Positions 10,174-18,625 of a stretch of DNA of 64,000 bases are shown here, one piece after another; the first letter of the stretch is position 1; each line of letters opens with the position of its first letter. The stretch lies in assembly GCA_963668175.1 (NCBI GenBank), contig OY764159.1:2336001-2400000 (forward strand), written 5' to 3'. The notes beneath the pieces are model-generated. The model was not told the origin of the DNA. It saw only the letters and a program-made list of their open reading frames with translations, and searched no databases. This stretch comes from Syntrophales bacterium (GTDB taxonomy: Bacteria > Desulfobacterota > Syntrophia > Syntrophales > PHBD01). Made by a program: the position numbers and the translations under genes.

Positions 10174-10935
10174 ATGATCCTTCAGGCATTTAATTTGGCG
10201 GGAAAGGCGGCGATCGTGACGGGCGCCCGGACGGGGCTGGGGCAGGGGATGGCCCTGGGGCTGGCCGAAGCCGGGGCCGACATCGTCGGCGTCGACCGGG
10301 AGCCTTTGGCGGAGACGGAAAAACGGGTGAGGGAAACGGGCGGCCGTTTCCTGGGGATCGAGGCGGATTTGTCCGACATCGGCGCGATCGACGGGATCGT
10401 CAAGCGGACGGTCGAAGCCTTCGGCCGGCTCGATATCCTGATCAACAACGCCGGGATCATCCGCCGCGCCGACGCCATCGACTTCGGCGAGAAGGACTGG
10501 GACGACGTAATGGCCGTGAACTTGAAGACGGTCTTCTTCTTCGCCCAGGCCGCGGCCCGGCAGTTCCTCAAGCAGAAGACGGGCGGCAAGATCGTCAATG
10601 TCGCGTCGATGCTCTCCTTCCAGGGGGGCATCCGGGTGCCGTCCTACACGGCAAGCAAGAGCGGCGTCATGGGCATTACGAGGCTCCTGGCCAACGAATG
10701 GGCGCAGCACAACATTAACGTCAACGCCATTGCTCCGGGCTACATGGCGACGGACAATACGGCTGCCATCCGGGCGGACGCGGCGCGGAGCGAGGCCATC
10801 CTGGAGAGGATACCGGCGGGGCGGTGGGGCGTGCCCGACGACCTGAAGGGCGTCGCCGTCTTCCTGGCCTCGGAGGCCTCCGCCTATGTGAACGGCTACA
10901 CGGTGGCCGTGGACGGCGGATGGCTCGCGCGTTAG
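10174..10935 (+). CDS. kduD: 2-dehydro-3-deoxy-D-gluconate 5-dehydrogenase
   Basis: SDR with NNAGIIRR and SMLSFQGGIRVPSYTASKS; follows kduI. Confidence 0.95.
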   Translation: MILQAFNLAGKAAIVTGARTGLGQGMALGLAEAGADIVGVDREPLAETEKRVRETGGRFLGIEADLSDIGAIDGIVKRTVEAFGRLDILINNAGIIRRADAIDFGEKDWDDVMAVNLKTVFFFAQAAARQFLKQKTGGKIVNVASMLSFQGGIRVPSYTASKSGVMGITRLLANEWAQHNINVNAIAPGYMATDNTAAIRADAARSEAILERIPAGRWGVPDDLKGVAVFLASEASAYVNGYTVAVDGGWLAR

Positions 10936-10968
10936 GCGCGCCGGAAGGCCGAAAGAATGAACCGATTA

Positions 10969-11063
10969 TCAGCTTGTTGAAAAACTCGATTTTGAGCCCC
11001 CTATGCAGGGGGCAAGTCCCCTGAAGGGGATAAACAACAGATGGACGTTTTTCAGCAGCCTGT
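10969..11063. mobile_element. Short MITE-like element, short copy
   Basis: Imperfect terminal inverted repeats CAGCTTGTTGAAAAA / TTTTTCAGCAGCCTG flanked by TA. Its ends match those of 14341-14500 in reverse orientation. Confidence 0.7.
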
Positions 11064-11079
11064 TATGGAGAAAGCGACC

Positions 11080-12123
11080 ATGAAGAAAGCGGCCGTGAAA
11101 AAGGTAGTGACTTTCGGAGAGATCATGCTGCGGTTGAGCCCGCCGGGCTTCCAGCGCTTCGGCCAGGCCCGGTCGTTCGAAGCCGTCTTCGGCGGCGGCG
11201 AGGCGAACGTTTCTGTGTCCCTCGCCAATTACGGCGTCGCGACGGATTTCGTGACGAGGCTTCCGGACCACGACCTGGGCGACGCCTGCATCGCACACCT
11301 GCGCGGCTTCGACGTGGGCACCGGAAAAATCGTGCGGGGCGGCAGCCGCATCGGCATCTATTTCCTCGAATACGGCGCCGTGCAGCGCGGAAGCAAGGTG
11401 ATCTACGACCGGGCCGGTTCGGCGGCCTCGCAGATTGCGCCCGGCATGATCGATTGGGACGCGGTCTTTGCCGATGCCGACTGGTTCCACTGGTGCGGCA
11501 TCACCCCCGCCGTCAGCGCCAGCCTCTACGAGGCGTGCCTGGAAGGCCTTGCCGCCGCGAAACGCAGGGGCCTTACGGTTTCCTGCGATCTCAACTACCG
11601 GGCCAAGCTCTGGAAGTGGGGAAAATCGGCCGGGGACGCGATGTCCGGCATGGTCGGACTTTGCGACGTCGTCGTGGCGAACGAGGAGGACGCGGAGCTG
11701 ATCTTCGGCATCGAGGCGCCGAAGGGGGAAAGCGGCACGGATACAGGTAAAAAGTTCGGACCGGTCGCGGCGGAATTGAAAGCGCGGTTTCCGAATCTGA
11801 ACCTCGTCGGCATCACCGTGCGCGGAAGCGTGAGCGCGACCCACAATACGTGGACGGGGATTCTCTATGACGGGAAGGATCTGTATGTCGGGCCGCGGTA
11901 CGAGATCACCGACATCGTGGACCGCATCGGCACGGGCGACGCCTTCACCGGCGGCCTGATCTACGGCCTGCGCACCTATGGCCGCGACTTGCAGAAGGCC
12001 CTCGACTTCGCCGTGGCGGCCTCTTGCCTCAAGCATTCGATCGTCGGCGATTTCAACCGCGTTACGGTCGATGAGGTGGAGAAGGTCATGGCCGGCGAAG
12101 GGTCCGGACGGGTGGCGCGATAA
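11080..12123 (+). CDS. kdgK: 2-dehydro-3-deoxygluconate kinase (PfkB family)
   Basis: FGEIMLRLSP, GGGEANV, DLNYRAKLW, DRIGTGDAF. Start placed after the MITE, at the ATG downstream of GGAG. Confidence 0.92.
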   Translation: MKKAAVKKVVTFGEIMLRLSPPGFQRFGQARSFEAVFGGGEANVSVSLANYGVATDFVTRLPDHDLGDACIAHLRGFDVGTGKIVRGGSRIGIYFLEYGAVQRGSKVIYDRAGSAASQIAPGMIDWDAVFADADWFHWCGITPAVSASLYEACLEGLAAAKRRGLTVSCDLNYRAKLWKWGKSAGDAMSGMVGLCDVVVANEEDAELIFGIEAPKGESGTDTGKKFGPVAAELKARFPNLNLVGITVRGSVSATHNTWTGILYDGKDLYVGPRYEITDIVDRIGTGDAFTGGLIYGLRTYGRDLQKALDFAVAASCLKHSIVGDFNRVTVDEVEKVMAGEGSGRVAR

Positions 12124-12145
12124 AGGGAAAACGGAGGTTTACGGT

Positions 12146-12829
12146 ATGGCAAGATTCAGGAGGATGGACGTCCTGCAGGCGATGATCGGGGACGGCCTCG
12201 TTCCCGTCTTCTACCACGATTCGCCGGAGACGGCGAAGAAGATAGCCGCGGCGGTCGCCGCCGGCGGCGCGCGGGTCCTCGAATTCACGAACCGGGGCGA
12301 CGGGGCCTTCCGGGTCTTCTCGGAACTTGCCGCCTGGTGCGCAAAAGAAATCCCGCAGCTCATCCTGGGCGTCGGCTCCGTCGTGGAGCCCGAGACCGCC
12401 GCGCTCTACGTCAACGGCGGCGCGAACTTCGTCGTGGGGCCGGTGCTCTCCGCCGACATCGCAAAACTCTGCAACCGGAGGAAGATCGCCTACTGCCCCG
12501 GCTGCGGCTCGACGAGCGAGATATCGCAGGCGGAGGAGTACGGCGTCGAAATCTGCAAAATCTTCCCGGGCAGGGAAGTGGGCGGTCCCGGATTCATCAA
12601 GTCCGTCCTCGCCCCGATGCCGTGGAGCCTCCTCATGCCCACCGGCGGCGTGGAGGCCACGCGCGAGTCGGTGACGGCGTGGATTGCGGCGGGGGCGGCC
12701 TGCGTCGGCGTAGGTTCCAACCTGATTTCGGGCGACCTTGTCGCAGCGGGCGAATTCGCGGCCATCTCCCGGAAGACCGCCGACATACTGCAATGGATTA
12801 ATGAGGCCCGGGCGGGGAAGAAAATCTAA
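12146..12829 (+). CDS. eda: KDPG/KHG aldolase
   Basis: LEFTNR, GVGSV, KIFPG, MPTGGV, VGVGSNL. Confidence 0.93.
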   Translation: MARFRRMDVLQAMIGDGLVPVFYHDSPETAKKIAAAVAAGGARVLEFTNRGDGAFRVFSELAAWCAKEIPQLILGVGSVVEPETAALYVNGGANFVVGPVLSADIAKLCNRRKIAYCPGCGSTSEISQAEEYGVEICKIFPGREVGGPGFIKSVLAPMPWSLLMPTGGVEATRESVTAWIAAGAACVGVGSNLISGDLVAAGEFAAISRKTADILQWINEARAGKKI

Positions 12830-13031
12830 ACGGGCGTTCGCCGCGCTGACCTTTCGGTGCGAAAAAAGACTGGCCTTTGCGAAGGTTTCGCTACCACCGA
12901 TGCGTTCAGGCCATGTCCCGGGGCGGCACGTCCCGGTGTCATATCGTTTTTCATTTCCGGCGTGAGGGGGAGAGAGACAGATTTCATCGGACGGGCGCAA
13001 TCGCCCGCATTTGCTCATGGGGGAGACGCTT

Positions 13032-13964
13032 ATGAAAAAGAGAATCTTTGTTGCGTTGATCGGCATCGTGTTTTGCGGAACGGTGATGGCGGCGGACGTC
13101 GCTGCCGCAGGCAAGGAGAAGATCGTCCTTAAAAAGTATCCGGATTTCAAAATCGGCATCCTGGCGAACAATTTCATCAAGCCCCTGCCGCTCACCAAGG
13201 ACAACATGAAGAAGATCATGGACTGGACGAGCGCCAACGGTTTCGCCTGGATGGAGATCCGCGACCCGCGGGCGGACCTGACCTACGCGGAATGCAAGGA
13301 GCTCGCGGCCTACGCGGCGAAGAAGAAGATCGAGATCGTCTACGCCCTGAACATCGGCTTCCTCGACCCGCAGTTCGACGAGGTCTTTTACCGGGGCTGC
13401 GCAAACGCCCTTTTGTTCCCGGGACCGAAGGTGATCAGGACGTCGGCCCCCGGCCCGGAATTCAACGCCGACCCGAAAAAGGCGACATGGACCAGAGAGG
13501 AATTCGGCAGGATTCTCACGGTGGCGAACAACGCCGCGAACATGGCAAAGCTGACGGGCCTTGATCTGGTCATCGAGCATGCCTTCGAGGCGATGCAGGG
13601 CGATGGCGCGACGGCCTTCGGGATGGTGGAGCTTCAGACGAAAGGGAACTCGAACATCGGCTCGCAGTACGACACGGCGAACTTCTTCGCCGTAAGCCGT
13701 GCGCCGGTGTCGGCCGATGCCGCGAAGGGGTACTTCGAGAAATTCGCACCGAAGACCCGCTACGTCCATATCAAGACCTGCGGTGCGAACAACGTGGTGA
13801 CGGACAGTATCACGGACAACGTGCTCGACCTGGGCGCGATCTTCGACATTGTGGCAAAGGCGAAGATCCGTTATCTCGCGATCGAAATCCCCCAGCAGGC
13901 GAAGTTCGAGGACGTGGAGACGAATCTCAAAAAGAGCGTGGCCTATCTGAAAAGTAAATTCTGA
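13032..13964 (+). CDS. Secreted xylose-isomerase-like / AP-endonuclease-2 TIM-barrel protein
   Basis: Sec signal (MKKRIFVALIG...VMA); metal-site pattern WMEIR, VIEH, QYDTAN, YVHIK, LAIE. Confidence 0.75.
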   Translation: MKKRIFVALIGIVFCGTVMAADVAAAGKEKIVLKKYPDFKIGILANNFIKPLPLTKDNMKKIMDWTSANGFAWMEIRDPRADLTYAECKELAAYAAKKKIEIVYALNIGFLDPQFDEVFYRGCANALLFPGPKVIRTSAPGPEFNADPKKATWTREEFGRILTVANNAANMAKLTGLDLVIEHAFEAMQGDGATAFGMVELQTKGNSNIGSQYDTANFFAVSRAPVSADAAKGYFEKFAPKTRYVHIKTCGANNVVTDSITDNVLDLGAIFDIVAKAKIRYLAIEIPQQAKFEDVETNLKKSVAYLKSKF

Positions 13965-14070
13965 ATTTGGTTCATCCGGGCCTTGGAACGGAGTCGGGGG
14001 AGGGATGTCGAGGGGGCCCCCGCCTTCGCCGAGGCCCGAATCAAACCGATGCCGGGACACGGCCTGGGCG

Positions 14071-14097
14071 AAAAAAGGGACGAATGTCCCTTTTTTT
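14071..14097. terminator. Bidirectional intrinsic terminator
   Basis: AAAAAAGGGAC-gaat-GTCCCTTTTTTT between convergent genes. Confidence 0.75.
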
Positions 14098-14189
14098 ATA
14101 CCGGGGATCGGGCGTGGGAGCGGGCAGCGAAAAAAACAGGGCGCTATCTGTTTTCCTCTTGGCAGTATCTCATCACAGCACGCAGCCGT

Positions 14190-14545
14190 AGAAAATTCTG
14201 AACAGCGGAATTGTTGGGTTCACCTACAACTCAACGGGAGCAAAGGCTATGAGAAACCATGATAACCATTCGTACTATTGCATCCGATGTAAGCGGCAGA
14301 AAAGCGGCGGGCGATCATGTTCACATGTTCATTTCATTTAACCGGCTGTTGAAAAACGCCCATCTGTTGCGCGTGCCCCCTGCATAGGGGGTTGCGCTTC
14401 GGCTCTCGGATGCTCACGTACATTTAAAGTACGCTCCGCTCCTCAGCCCTTGCGCGCCCCCGGCATAGGGGGTTCAAAATCGAATTTTTCAACAAGCTGT
14501 TAGACCCAGCCGGGATATCGGCCAAATCATGACAGCGAACCGTAT
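14190..14545 (+). pseudogene. Degenerate IS200/IS605 tnpA (Y1 HUH transposase) remnant interrupted by a MITE
   Basis: Reads DHVHMFISF before the MITE and RPSRDIGQIM after it, in frame once the element and one TA are removed. Outer boundaries are approximate. Confidence 0.5.
14341..14500. mobile_element. 160-bp MITE-like element, longer copy
   Basis: TIRs ACCGGCTGTTGAAAAA / TTTTTCAACAAGCTGT; TA on both sides; two internal CCCCC(T/G)GCATAGGGGG hairpins. Confidence 0.75.
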
Positions 14546-14570
14546 AAAATCTGCTGCATTGCGAATTGAA

Positions 14571-15836
14571 TTATCTTAGTGCCCGTTTAGCGTCATACTG
14601 CCTCTCGCCTTCGTCTATGGCTTTGAACATAACCGTGGCAGCCTTTCTTTCCTCCTGCGTTCCTTTCCCTCTGCCAAGACAGTAATCGCTGTAGAGTCTT
14701 CGTATGACCTGTTTTGAGGCATCAAACGCATTCTTGTCACCGATGAATTCGGCCACGACCATCTTTTGATAATAGTAAAGGAGATTTTCCCGGAGTCGTT
14801 CAAAATACTTGTCTTGCAACATGCCGCTTTCCGCCTGGATGAATGCGTCCATCGCCTCGCGCAGGCATGCAAGCCGCATCTCCCTATGCTGTTCAACGTC
14901 TTTGCCGAGGTCTTCGATCTTGCGATGGTATTGCGATTGCGTAATATGTAAAAGGCCTTTGAAATAATGGTAACTCGCCTTCTCGTCAGCCGGGGCCACT
15001 GTCAAAAATGTCGTGACAAAGTCTATTCCCAATGAGGCAGCAATAACGGCATCCTCATAGGTACGCTGCTTGGAGAAAAGGCGATGCCCCTCCAGTCCGG
15101 CTTGGGCCGCTATGCGGAATCTTCTGTCAACCGTCTCTTGCATCGCTGCGACGTATTTTTCTTTGACATCCAATCCCCTTGAGTCCCGCCACGATTCATT
15201 ATCCCTGTTATAAGTGCGGAATCCTTTCTCCTGGTTTGCATAAAGACAGGCCGGGCATATCTTTATGGAAAAGAGGGAATAGTCGATATAGGTCCGGTTG
15301 CCTGCGGCCTCCGTGTACTCAGTCATGTAAAAATCGTCCAGTTGAGACTGCGCCCCTCCATATTTCAGCCCCGGCGAGAAAAACACCGTCTTGTCAAATG
15401 GACATGAGAGTTGGTAATTAAAAAGGACCTCTGTAGAAGATTTTTCAATACCTCTGAATTCTGCAGGAAAAAGGGTGGGGGCAGGTTTCTGATCGGCGTC
15501 TGCGCTTAGCTTCGGCAGGGCTTTGTCAAGAATCGGGATAATGACATCCTCTATCGTGATCTGCCTGGTCTCTTGATAAGCGATAAACCTTGCCAAAAGC
15601 GAAGAGGGGATTTTGACGAGACGGGAAACAAAGTTTCCTGTCGGTTCCGCTGTCTTTGCAAAGAATCCGTCAGGGAACGACGTTTCCGTGATATTACCGG
15701 TTTGCGGTGTCAATCTCTCAAGCAGCGGAATGATAATTCCTTCAATGCTTAAGTGTTTCGATTGTTGAAACGCATCAAGCCGCGCAAACAGCTTCGAAGG
15801 AAATTTTATCGGTTGTTCAAAATAATCGACGCCCAT
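14571..15836 (-). CDS. Hypothetical protein: two tandem ribbon-helix-helix-like repeats plus DUF2225-like Zn-ribbon/helical domain
   Basis: Repeat at aa 8-45 and 72-109; LSCPFD...DDFY...IKICPACLYAN; visibly AT-richer than the flanks. Confidence 0.65.
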   Translation of the reverse strand: MGVDYFEQPIKFPSKLFARLDAFQQSKHLSIEGIIIPLLERLTPQTGNITETSFPDGFFAKTAEPTGNFVSRLVKIPSSLLARFIAYQETRQITIEDVIIPILDKALPKLSADADQKPAPTLFPAEFRGIEKSSTEVLFNYQLSCPFDKTVFFSPGLKYGGAQSQLDDFYMTEYTEAAGNRTYIDYSLFSIKICPACLYANQEKGFRTYNRDNESWRDSRGLDVKEKYVAAMQETVDRRFRIAAQAGLEGHRLFSKQRTYEDAVIAASLGIDFVTTFLTVAPADEKASYHYFKGLLHITQSQYHRKIEDLGKDVEQHREMRLACLREAMDAFIQAESGMLQDKYFERLRENLLYYYQKMVVAEFIGDKNAFDASKQVIRRLYSDYCLGRGKGTQEERKAATVMFKAIDEGERQYDAKRALR

Positions 15837-16244
15837 GTTATCTTAAGTGAAGTACCGCGAAAGCTCTATGATTTTCAAGTCAAGTAAACGGGTTTCTCCC
15901 GATCTACGGGTTAAGGGTTTTTCATTTCGTACCAGGTTTATGCTGCAAGTCCGCCTTTCAAACCCATGGAACTCAAGAACCTGATTTGAAACACATGATC
16001 GAGAAAGTTTTTGCCTGTAAAGAATCGTTAGCAGGATGAATGATTACGCCTTGTACTCTAGCATGAATGGCGGAAAATGGACATGCTTTGTTTCAGGAAG
16101 TAATCAACGGATGTTCCGAAAGCGGAAATGAACAGATCGGTAACGGCTTATTCCCTGCGGGAAAAATGCCGTGCGGCGGCCTCTTGGGGGCAGGTCGGGG
16201 GCGGATGCGTCCGGATTGCCGTCGCGCCGGAAGCGCCTGCCCGT

Positions 16245-16433
16245 TCAGGATTCGTCTATCCAAGCGTGCTGTGCTTCTTCCTTCCGGTTGCGCATCTGCT
16301 CTTCCATGACCATCTGCGCCAGTCTCTTCTGGCTTGAGATGAACTCGCCCGATACGATGTCGCGGGGACGCGGCAGGTCGATTGGCACGACCTCCTTGAT
16401 CGTGCCGGGGCGGAACGTCATGACCGTGATCCG
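16245..16433 (-). pseudogene. 3' fragment of an ABC ATPase, diverged duplicate of the end of 20063-20875
   Basis: Translates RITVMTFRPGTIKEVVPIDLPRPRDIVSGEFISSQKRLAQMVMEEQMRNRKEEAQHAWIDES*; no matching 5' part. Confidence 0.85.
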
Positions 16434-16628
16434 GCTGCGGAACTCGCGTCGGAAAGGAGAATATCCTCATGCCGTTTTCGCCGGTCAGTCCCGTGCCGCA
16501 GCATGCGGCCGCGCAAAAGACAGTCGCAAAGGCGAAACGGCCGGCGTCACCGACTGCCCTGCAAGCCGATCGTATTCCGCAATAACCGGCGTCCCCGCAT
16601 GCGGAGTATTTACATTGTCCCGACCGGT

Positions 16629-18296
16629 TCAGCGCACCTTCGTGAATTCATAGCGGCCGGCGGGGATTTCGATGCTCTGCCACACCATCTTGCTGCCGCT
16701 GATGGTGATTTTATAGGGCGAACGCTCTCCGTAATCCGTTCCCGCGAGTCCGCTTATCGAGAGGGTGTTCCCGGAAATCTTGTACTTGAAATTGAGTTTC
16801 ATGCTGTCCCTTTCCGCGAACCCGCCCGTCGTCCATACACCCGCGCCCCCGCTGAACGTCCATTGGTTCATCAGCGTCGCCGTGCCCATCTTCCAGACGC
16901 CGTCCACGCCGGTTACCGTGGCAGGCGCCGCTTCAACCGGTTTGGGGGTTGCGGGTTTCTTTTCCGCCTGGGCGATCTTCCTGTTGGGTACGGTTGCTTC
17001 CGTCTCCGCGTACAGCAGATCCGGCATTGCGGAGGAAGCTGTTACCTGAAGCTTCAGTTTGCAGGACGCATCCTTCGGCTCTATTTTCCACTCCCCGCCT
17101 TTCAGATTTCCCTTGGCGGGAAGGTTCCCCGCGGGTTGAACGGCGCTGTCGGCGCCGGCCAGGCTGCACCCGGAGACGGTAAGCTTCATTTTCACATTCT
17201 CGAACGCGGCGTTCGCACGGTTGGAAATATTCCCCGCCACATGGATGCCGTCCTCCTTCTCCTGCGTCACGATTTTCGGTTTCATGGCGGAGAAGGAGGC
17301 CCGCCACATCGTGTAAACGGCGCGGATGGCGTGATTCATGATGGGTTGCGGGTTATCGAAAAAATAGAGCAGCCTGGAGCGCGTCAGTGTGGCCGCCGCG
17401 ACGGCCAGGTGCGATGTCTCCTCCGCCTGGACGTCGACGGGTTTGTCGAAATCGCTGCGCCCGTTCTTCCAGGACGTTTCGTATCCGCTTAAGGTGTAGG
17501 GTCCGGGGTTGACGACGGTTTCCCAGGCGATGTGGCTTGACGTCTGGGTGACGAGCGGGGTCGTGCCGTTATAGTACCAGGGATCGAACCAGTCCTCCCC
17601 CCGCTCCAGGTAGCGGTCGATGTCGCTTCGGAAATTATGGCTGAGGGATTTGACGGGCGAGAGATAACTCATCTTGTCCGATCCCTTGATATCGTCGGTG
17701 ATGTAAACGGCGCCCTCGGACGTCGTTCCCTTATGTTTGGCGAGCTGGTCCTTGAGCAGCTTCTGGGCCGATGTCTTGTACATGCCCACGACGTGCATCG
17801 GGCAGTGCATATCGGCGAGAAAGTGGGCGCTCCAGGCGGCCGCCTGCGGAACAGGGGCCCTCTTGCCTTTGAGCATCCCTTCCGACAGGTAGCGGAAGTA
17901 CTTGCCGACGGCCATGGGGCCGTTGCCCTCCGTGGTGACGGGGTTGTAATAGTGCCAGGAAAACGGCGAATTTCCCTTGCTGTCCGGCCCAGGGCCTTCA
18001 AGGAGCGTGACGTCCGGCATCACGCCGTAGCCCGAGCCCGTATAATCGGCGCCGGCCCAGTTGACGCCCTCGTGGGCGAGGATTTCCTCCAGCTTGGGAA
18101 ACAAGTTCGGATCGAACGCCGCATCCGCCGTCAGAAGGCGGTATGCCTCCTTCAGGATATGCTGGTGTGTCTGTGCGGGAGAAAGAACGCCCCAGGATAA
18201 AGCACTGGGGGGTGCGCCGATGAAGGCCGATAACAGAATGACGACAATTGCGGAAACCAGATAGGGTTTTGTTCGTGTTCCCCGGCGGCTGCTCAT
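16629..18296 (-). CDS. Secreted Zn-dependent phospholipase C / P1-nuclease-fold protein with C-terminal beta-rich domains
   Basis: Signal ending ALS then W-x8-H; GPD; WHYYNP; HFLADMHCPMH; HIAWE. Confidence 0.72.
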   Translation of the reverse strand: MSSRRGTRTKPYLVSAIVVILLSAFIGAPPSALSWGVLSPAQTHQHILKEAYRLLTADAAFDPNLFPKLEEILAHEGVNWAGADYTGSGYGVMPDVTLLEGPGPDSKGNSPFSWHYYNPVTTEGNGPMAVGKYFRYLSEGMLKGKRAPVPQAAAWSAHFLADMHCPMHVVGMYKTSAQKLLKDQLAKHKGTTSEGAVYITDDIKGSDKMSYLSPVKSLSHNFRSDIDRYLERGEDWFDPWYYNGTTPLVTQTSSHIAWETVVNPGPYTLSGYETSWKNGRSDFDKPVDVQAEETSHLAVAAATLTRSRLLYFFDNPQPIMNHAIRAVYTMWRASFSAMKPKIVTQEKEDGIHVAGNISNRANAAFENVKMKLTVSGCSLAGADSAVQPAGNLPAKGNLKGGEWKIEPKDASCKLKLQVTASSAMPDLLYAETEATVPNRKIAQAEKKPATPKPVEAAPATVTGVDGVWKMGTATLMNQWTFSGGAGVWTTGGFAERDSMKLNFKYKISGNTLSISGLAGTDYGERSPYKITISGSKMVWQSIEIPAGRYEFTKVR

Positions 18297-18553
18297 ATCA
18301 TACCTCCTGTTGTGGATGTGATTGGTAACAGATAAAATCGTTTTCGGCAACATGAATCGGCGGCATCCGGACGATTGTCACGATTCTCCCCTGCTGTGAG
18401 GGGACGGAATGTCGTGACGGCGATCCCCTGTTATTTTGAGACATCTCGGGATGATCGGCGTCATCGTCCCTATTTCCGGAGAGCATGTATTGACAAAATC
18501 GGTCAAATCTGATTAAGAGCGTTTCACCGTAAAGGTTCCATACCTTTTAGAGT

Positions 18554-18601
18554 GGGCGATGGAGTTCGCCGTAACCGCCTTCGATGCTGATAACTCCTAC
18601 C
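18554..18601 (+). ncRNA. Fluoride riboswitch (crcB motif)
   Basis: GGCGATGGAGTTCGCC-gtAACCGC...GCTGATAACTCCTAC fits the known consensus. P1 is GGCGA/TCGCC; pseudoknot is GGAGT/ACTCC. TTGACA upstream at 18490. Confidence 0.92.
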
Positions 18602-18625
18602 AAATTCACGATAAGGAGTTATCGC

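Noticed and set aside
11041..11079. N-terminal extension of kdgK (MDVFQQPV...) in the ORF track
   Set aside because: The ATG lies inside the MITE. The ATG at 11080 has its own SD and matches where the family normally starts.
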